In this document: positions 58,834 to 64,000 of the stretch, piece by piece
How the letters are laid out: each line of letters opens with the position of its first letter
How positions within the stretch are numbered: the stretch's first letter is position 1
Assembly (NCBI GenBank): GCA_964036045.1
Contig: OZ038379.1
Span: 7,440,001 to 7,504,000, forward strand
DNA from: Eutreptiella sp. 'Long Island Sound 2002'
Lineage: Eukaryota > Protista > Euglenida
Direction: 5' to 3'
Length of the DNA: 64,000 nt
The notes under the pieces: model-generated
What the model saw: only the letters and a program-made list of their open reading frames with translations
Database searches by the model: none
What the model was told of the DNA's origin: nothing
Made by a program: the position numbers and the translations under genes

Positions 58834-61800
58834 TTGTGGGAATCCCATCCAAATTACATGGCCTTGGTCGAACACGAGGTTTTCAATGCTCCCCACAGCC
58901 CCTCAAGCTGGGATCGTCGCCTCACATATGTTCAAGTATGCATGGCCTTGGCCTTCTTTTGAGGTGTGTCTTCACAGTGTCCGTGTCTTACGGTAAGCCG
59001 AGTAGGCCTTCTTTGTCGTGCACTTTTTCTTTTTTCTTGGTTGACTCCAAAAGTTCGAAGAGTTCTCAAGATAGTTCTTGGTCAGTGGGCCTCACTTCAG
59101 CATATGATACGGTGGATCCTTGCAATGCAGGGCACGGGGCGCAGACCCACAGCCCATAAGCATGTACAAGAGGGCTCTCCAGTGCGGTAGGCGACTGCCA
59201 CGCCATAAGGCAAACCTAACAGTGGTCCGTCAGGAGATGACTGGCAAAAATTTATGAGACCCCACTAAACTTCTTTGTCGTGCTTTTTTTCTTTGATGTC
59301 CGACCGGAGCAACCTCACTGACGAGCATTTACGAGGAGCTAGATGATGAGGACGTGCTGCAGCTTGAGTTGGACGAGGCATCATAGGTCCGCGAACTACT
59401 ATCCTCTTTCTCTTCATCAAAATTTGAGGGTTGTGATCCTCCACTTGGATCATAATTTGCACCAGCTACATCTTGGCAGAAAGCAACGGTAAAAGCACTG
59501 AAAGTGACGGAAACAAGAACTGCTACTACTACACCTACTACCACTACACCCACAACAAAGGGGGTTGCTTGCACGTATCGGACTAGGCGAAGGACGCTGG
59601 TGAAGTGGAGGAGGGGGATCTTGATGGTAGCGAGGGGCGTGTTGCCACATCATGCTCGGCGTCTTGGTTGCTTGCGCGCGGCCATGTATCCTCTTCGGCC
59701 TCGTCGGTTTTCGCCATTGCCTCCCGTTGCAATTTTGACTCGCAGAGTTTTTTTTACTTGTTTTCTAGTCCTTGTGCCTTTTGGCAGTGGGTGCTACCTT
59801 TGGGTTACATCTGCATTGTACACTGTTGGCCGTTTCGCCTACCTCTAAAGCGCGTTGCTCGCCTGGGGAGCGCTGCCACACTTCTTGCTCCGAGGGAGGG
59901 GCATCAAATTTCCAGTGGGGGTGGGATGTGACCCACCGGGCTCCGAGTTGTGTCGCTATTGTAGTGAACAAGGTGACAACTGCCAAAGCACAATTTCAGC
60001 CCATTAATGCATTTTGTGCCCACAGATGGTTTGTGAAGCATGATATGGCATTGTGTAAAATGTTCGTAGACAACGAGCCAATCAAGTGCCCCGTTCTAGG
60101 ATGTGCCAATTGGGTTTACTACGACATGGAACAACACATGAAGGTGGATGAATACCAGCCCATCGCCTCCACGCTCCTCGCACTCATCCTAGGTACCACC
60201 ACGGTATAGGCGGCGTGAGCATACACCGAGGAGGACTACAAGGAGCTACACCAGGGCGGTTGCGGCGGATCACGCCTAGGAAGCCACCATCGGAGTGGCC
60301 GGTTGCCGACAACCTGGCGGCTCTGCAACGGGCCGCGCTGGTGGGCCTGTCCCTTGCAGAGGCGCATGCGAGTGCTGAGGACAACCTAGAGCAACAGGAA
60401 CCGGTCACAAATGTCAAGACGGTGCTGTTGGTCAACTACGGTGTGTCCAGCAAGGCCATGGCAGATACTGCCATGCGGGCGCTCACATCCCGGCGTATGG
60501 ACCTTGAGATTGCAGGCTATAGACTCCAGTGCGTTGTCACAGTCAAGCGCAAGCCCTAGGAGATAGCAGAGCAAAGGGCTGTCAATCTAGCCCCGCGGGT
60601 CAATGCTCATGGCCACGTGGGCACGTAAGCTTGAAGATGCCACGCCGGAGGACGCCATGTTGGACAATGAGCGGGATGAGGAGCTGCAGCCGCTGGCGCT
60701 GGAGATTGGCAACCTCAGGTGCACCACGGCTTTGCTTGACCAAGCCATGCTTCTCTCGGCAAGGGACGGGGGGGGGGGGGGGGCACGAGCACAAGTGCAT
60801 GCAATGGGCCAAACGCGAGGCCTAGAGCCATCTCAAAAGGGTTCCAGCTCCCGACGTGATTGTGCAGCCGCATATGGCTGTGGGCGAACGCGCAGGGCAC
60901 CGCTTGGAGGTATGGTTGCCTCTCCCTTTGGAGGCGGCGAGCAAGGCCCTTAGGGCGAGCGGGCGCGTTGCAGGTGTCTGTTGCCGCCCCTGAAGTAGAG
61001 AAGATGAAGGTGTGGCAATCCCTGCGCGCATGACTTGGTACACGGTCCTGATGGCTCCCACGGGGCCGCTAACCGAGTATTGGAGCTGGATGCCAATGCG
61101 GGGACGGCAGGCCATCCAGCCGGGCTCTACTGGGAAGACTCACCAGGACGAGTTGGAGTGCGAACATGGGGGGCGTGGGAGCCGTCCCGAGACTATCTTC
61201 AAGCTGTGGCTCATGTGCTGGTGGCCCGAGTCCCTAAGGCTCGGACTTGGCGCACAGTTAATGCCGAGCTTGAGTCTGCGTCCTTTGGACATTTGTGGGG
61301 TGCAATGTGATTGCGTTGTGAGCCCTTATAGTGTGTTGGACCTTCCTGTCTTAGGTCCCACTACTTCATACAGAACTTCTACGACATTGTTGACAACGGT
61401 GTTGTCCTCAACATCTACGCCAGTCATGGAATACTCCTCAATGCCATTTGTCCACCCTTCCCACAGCCCTCGTCTGCCATGCTGCTTGCTGCGTGCCGGG
61501 CCTGCCGAGCCCCCTCCCGCTGAACTAGCGCCGTCCTTTCGGCACTTTCCTGCTGCTCTACATAGCGTCGTATCAAGTGCCCATGCAGGTTGTGCCACTC
61601 CAACGCCAACTTAATGTCCTCTGCCGCCCAACGCGGTTGCATAGCCACCCAACGCGGTTGCATAGCCACAAAAGGATGTGGCGGGAACCGGGATGGCGCC
61701 GTCCAGACATAGGCACCCCGGAGCGTGTGCCAAGTGCCTGTGGCGTATGCCTTTGCCTCCCCAATCACATTTTGGGGAATGCCCTCCTCCACCGCCGCTT

Positions 61801-64000
61801 GCCGGCTTGGCACCACCTACCTACCAGCCCGCTTGTTGCTGCTATGGGCGGGCTGCAGTGCCCCGCCTCCGCTAGGCAGCCGGTCGCATCCCGCAGCCCG
61901 TTGATTTGCTTCTCAGCTGCCGCCCGTGCTCACCGCTGTGCGCCCCATTGTTCCGCAGATGGGGGCCACCAACCTACGATGAGCCGTCTGCTCTCGTTCT
62001 CTGGTTGCCGTGGCCCTGAGGGGGAATGTTTGCCCGGTGTGCACTTGGCGCGCTACTTTTCTATTAACTATCCCGACTTCAGCCCCAGATTTACCCTCTC
62101 ATGGAGAAGCCCCCCAAGTAGACCATGTTGCACTGCACACCTTCCCTACAAAGCACATTGCATAATAAAGCAATATCTGTGAATTCAACAACTCCAACTG
62201 TCATCTGTATTGTACTTAACGAACAACATTGGTCCCACAAGTGTGGGTGTCAATGCATTCAGTACAATAGTGCTCCTTACACTCATCACAAACTGCGACG
62301 GTGGAGTGCTTCTGGCAACACAACACACACCCTTCTGCCTCATCCTCTGCCTCATCTTGCGTGGCGGCCGAGTTGCTTTCCAAACATGAGGCAGGACATG
62401 CTCCCATGGTCCATAGGGGGGGTGACAAAAGCGTAACAAAGATTGTCCCGGTTTCCTCAATAGCACCGGAAGGTTGGGGTCCAAAAGAGGGCGGAAATGC
62501 TACGTCACCCCTTCATTCTCGGGGGTCCCCAACAAAGGGGACAAAATCAGAAAACAAAGCCTATGCCAGGGGTCACCATGATGCTCCCAGTATCTCAAAG
62601 TATGGGTCTCTAGTACAGCCAGACGCCCAAATAGTTGCACTGCGCTAAGTGCGCCCCCTTAGTGCACCCCCTAGAAGGCCACCGGTGGGGCACGGGTCAC
62701 AAAAGATGCCCGGCGCGCGCCCAGCGCACTAACGTTCCCCCTTGGGTCCACAATCTCTGCTCCCAGCTCCTTCACAACTTGCAGCTGCTTCACAACTTGC
62801 AGGAGCTCCTTGTTGTTGCGCCCCGGCGCTACATACGCCTGCTGCTCGCCGGTGGCGGGCATGGGCAGGTCCGCGGCACCTTGCCCATGCGCCCAGTTGC
62901 TGCGACGCCCCCGTGGCGCGCTCGGCGGGCTGGGCCCGTCGCCTTTGGGGCCAGTACGTTTCCTACGAGTGCGATGACCGGGTCGATGAACCCCGGTATC
63001 CACAGAGCCTACCGTAGGGGTTGCAGCGGGTTGTCGGGGGGCACGGACGCGGAGGCCCCGCCTGTTGAGGGCGCGGCCATAAGTGAGGCTCAGGCGCGGT
63101 GTGTGCGCTTTATGGGAAGGCATGTTTCTGCTCTCTGTCGAGTGCAGTGCCACCACCACCATTCAAATTCTATTGCCTTCGGCAGTGCACCTCGAAGAGA
63201 CGCTGACAGTCAGCCAACAGTCAGTTAAACAGGCAAGCAGTCAGTCAGACAGTCAGTTGGGCAAGCAGGCAGGCAGACAGAAACACACAGTTTGGGTTTT
63301 TTCGGTGGCAGACTCGGATACAAGCAGTGGGGAGAGTAGCAACTGTCAGAACAAGCAACTGGTCAAATGGTAATGCAGCCGACCACAGACCTGTAGGCCG
63401 ACCACTGCCGGCGGCGCCGGCTGACCTGTCAGCTCTGCCCAATCTGTCCCTCGTTCAAACCCTTCTGAGCACAAACTTTTGACCCCTCTCCCCATCCCCC
63501 CCACCCCCCCCTCCAAAAAAAAAGTGATATCCATTTTCAGGGGATAGAGGCCGCAGAATCAAAAAACCCATTGGGGGATCGTCTTATTGGGCAAAATAAT
63601 GATTTTACAAGGGGTTGGACATCAAATATCATGCCTTGAGGTATGCTACGCGAATGACCCCCCAAAAGGGGGGTACAACGCCCGCGCCTGCGCTTGATCT
63701 AACAACCTCTCTTCAAGCTGATTTACAGAACACGTGCAGGTGCAGAAAAAAAACACCTCCGAAAGTTGCAGAAACGACACCTCCTGTTGTTCTGGCAGGG
63801 TGTTGTTCTCACAAGGGGGAGGTAGAAGGGTGAGGTTCGTGGACTTGGGACAAATGTGTTGCTGTTACTGTCAGGGTAGCGGTATGGCACGTCATCCTTC
63901 CTTGCGACCCTTGGCAATTTTCACGGTGCAATCAAGAGAGGGACAAAAACAGCGCCAGAGCACACACTCACATGAGGCGAGTTTGTGGGCCAGCACAACA

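Overview
Repeat-rich eukaryotic nuclear DNA with GT-AG introns, many homopolymer runs and one 200-N scaffold gap at 13960-14159. A euglenid or other euglenozoan host is inferred from the gene and element types, not proven. Main contents: (1) A >=4.2 kb near-perfect inverted duplication (1-4218 / 14160-18390) whose right arm starts at the gap, plus a second nested inversion (23438-24337 / 26254-27228). (2) An apparently intact tyrosine-recombinase retrotransposon (18391-23437, minus) with gag-YR-RT/RNaseH order and split direct repeats. Its gag and YR lie in one frame separated by a single TGA, and an empty copy of its target site is in the same window. (3) A multi-exon BRCT-(zf-PARP-like?)-BRCT-ATP-dependent DNA ligase gene fragment with an in-frame stop (30595-36759). 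(4) Internal exons of a diverged PFO/PNO gene with a duplicated exon and a frameshift (38084-40292). (5) A two-domain Mip/FklB-type FKBP gene (50484-53154, minus). (6) A hAT transposon with TIRs and a perfect 8-bp TSD (55249-58589), whose transposase is one base out of frame with an N-terminal NUMOD1-like plus double zinc-finger module. (7) A hAT-type MITE whose CAG...CTG ends and 8-bp TSD match the geometry of euglenid nonconventional introns. Most short ORFs in the track are spurious readings of repeats. All domain calls come from motifs recognised by eye; no searches were run.
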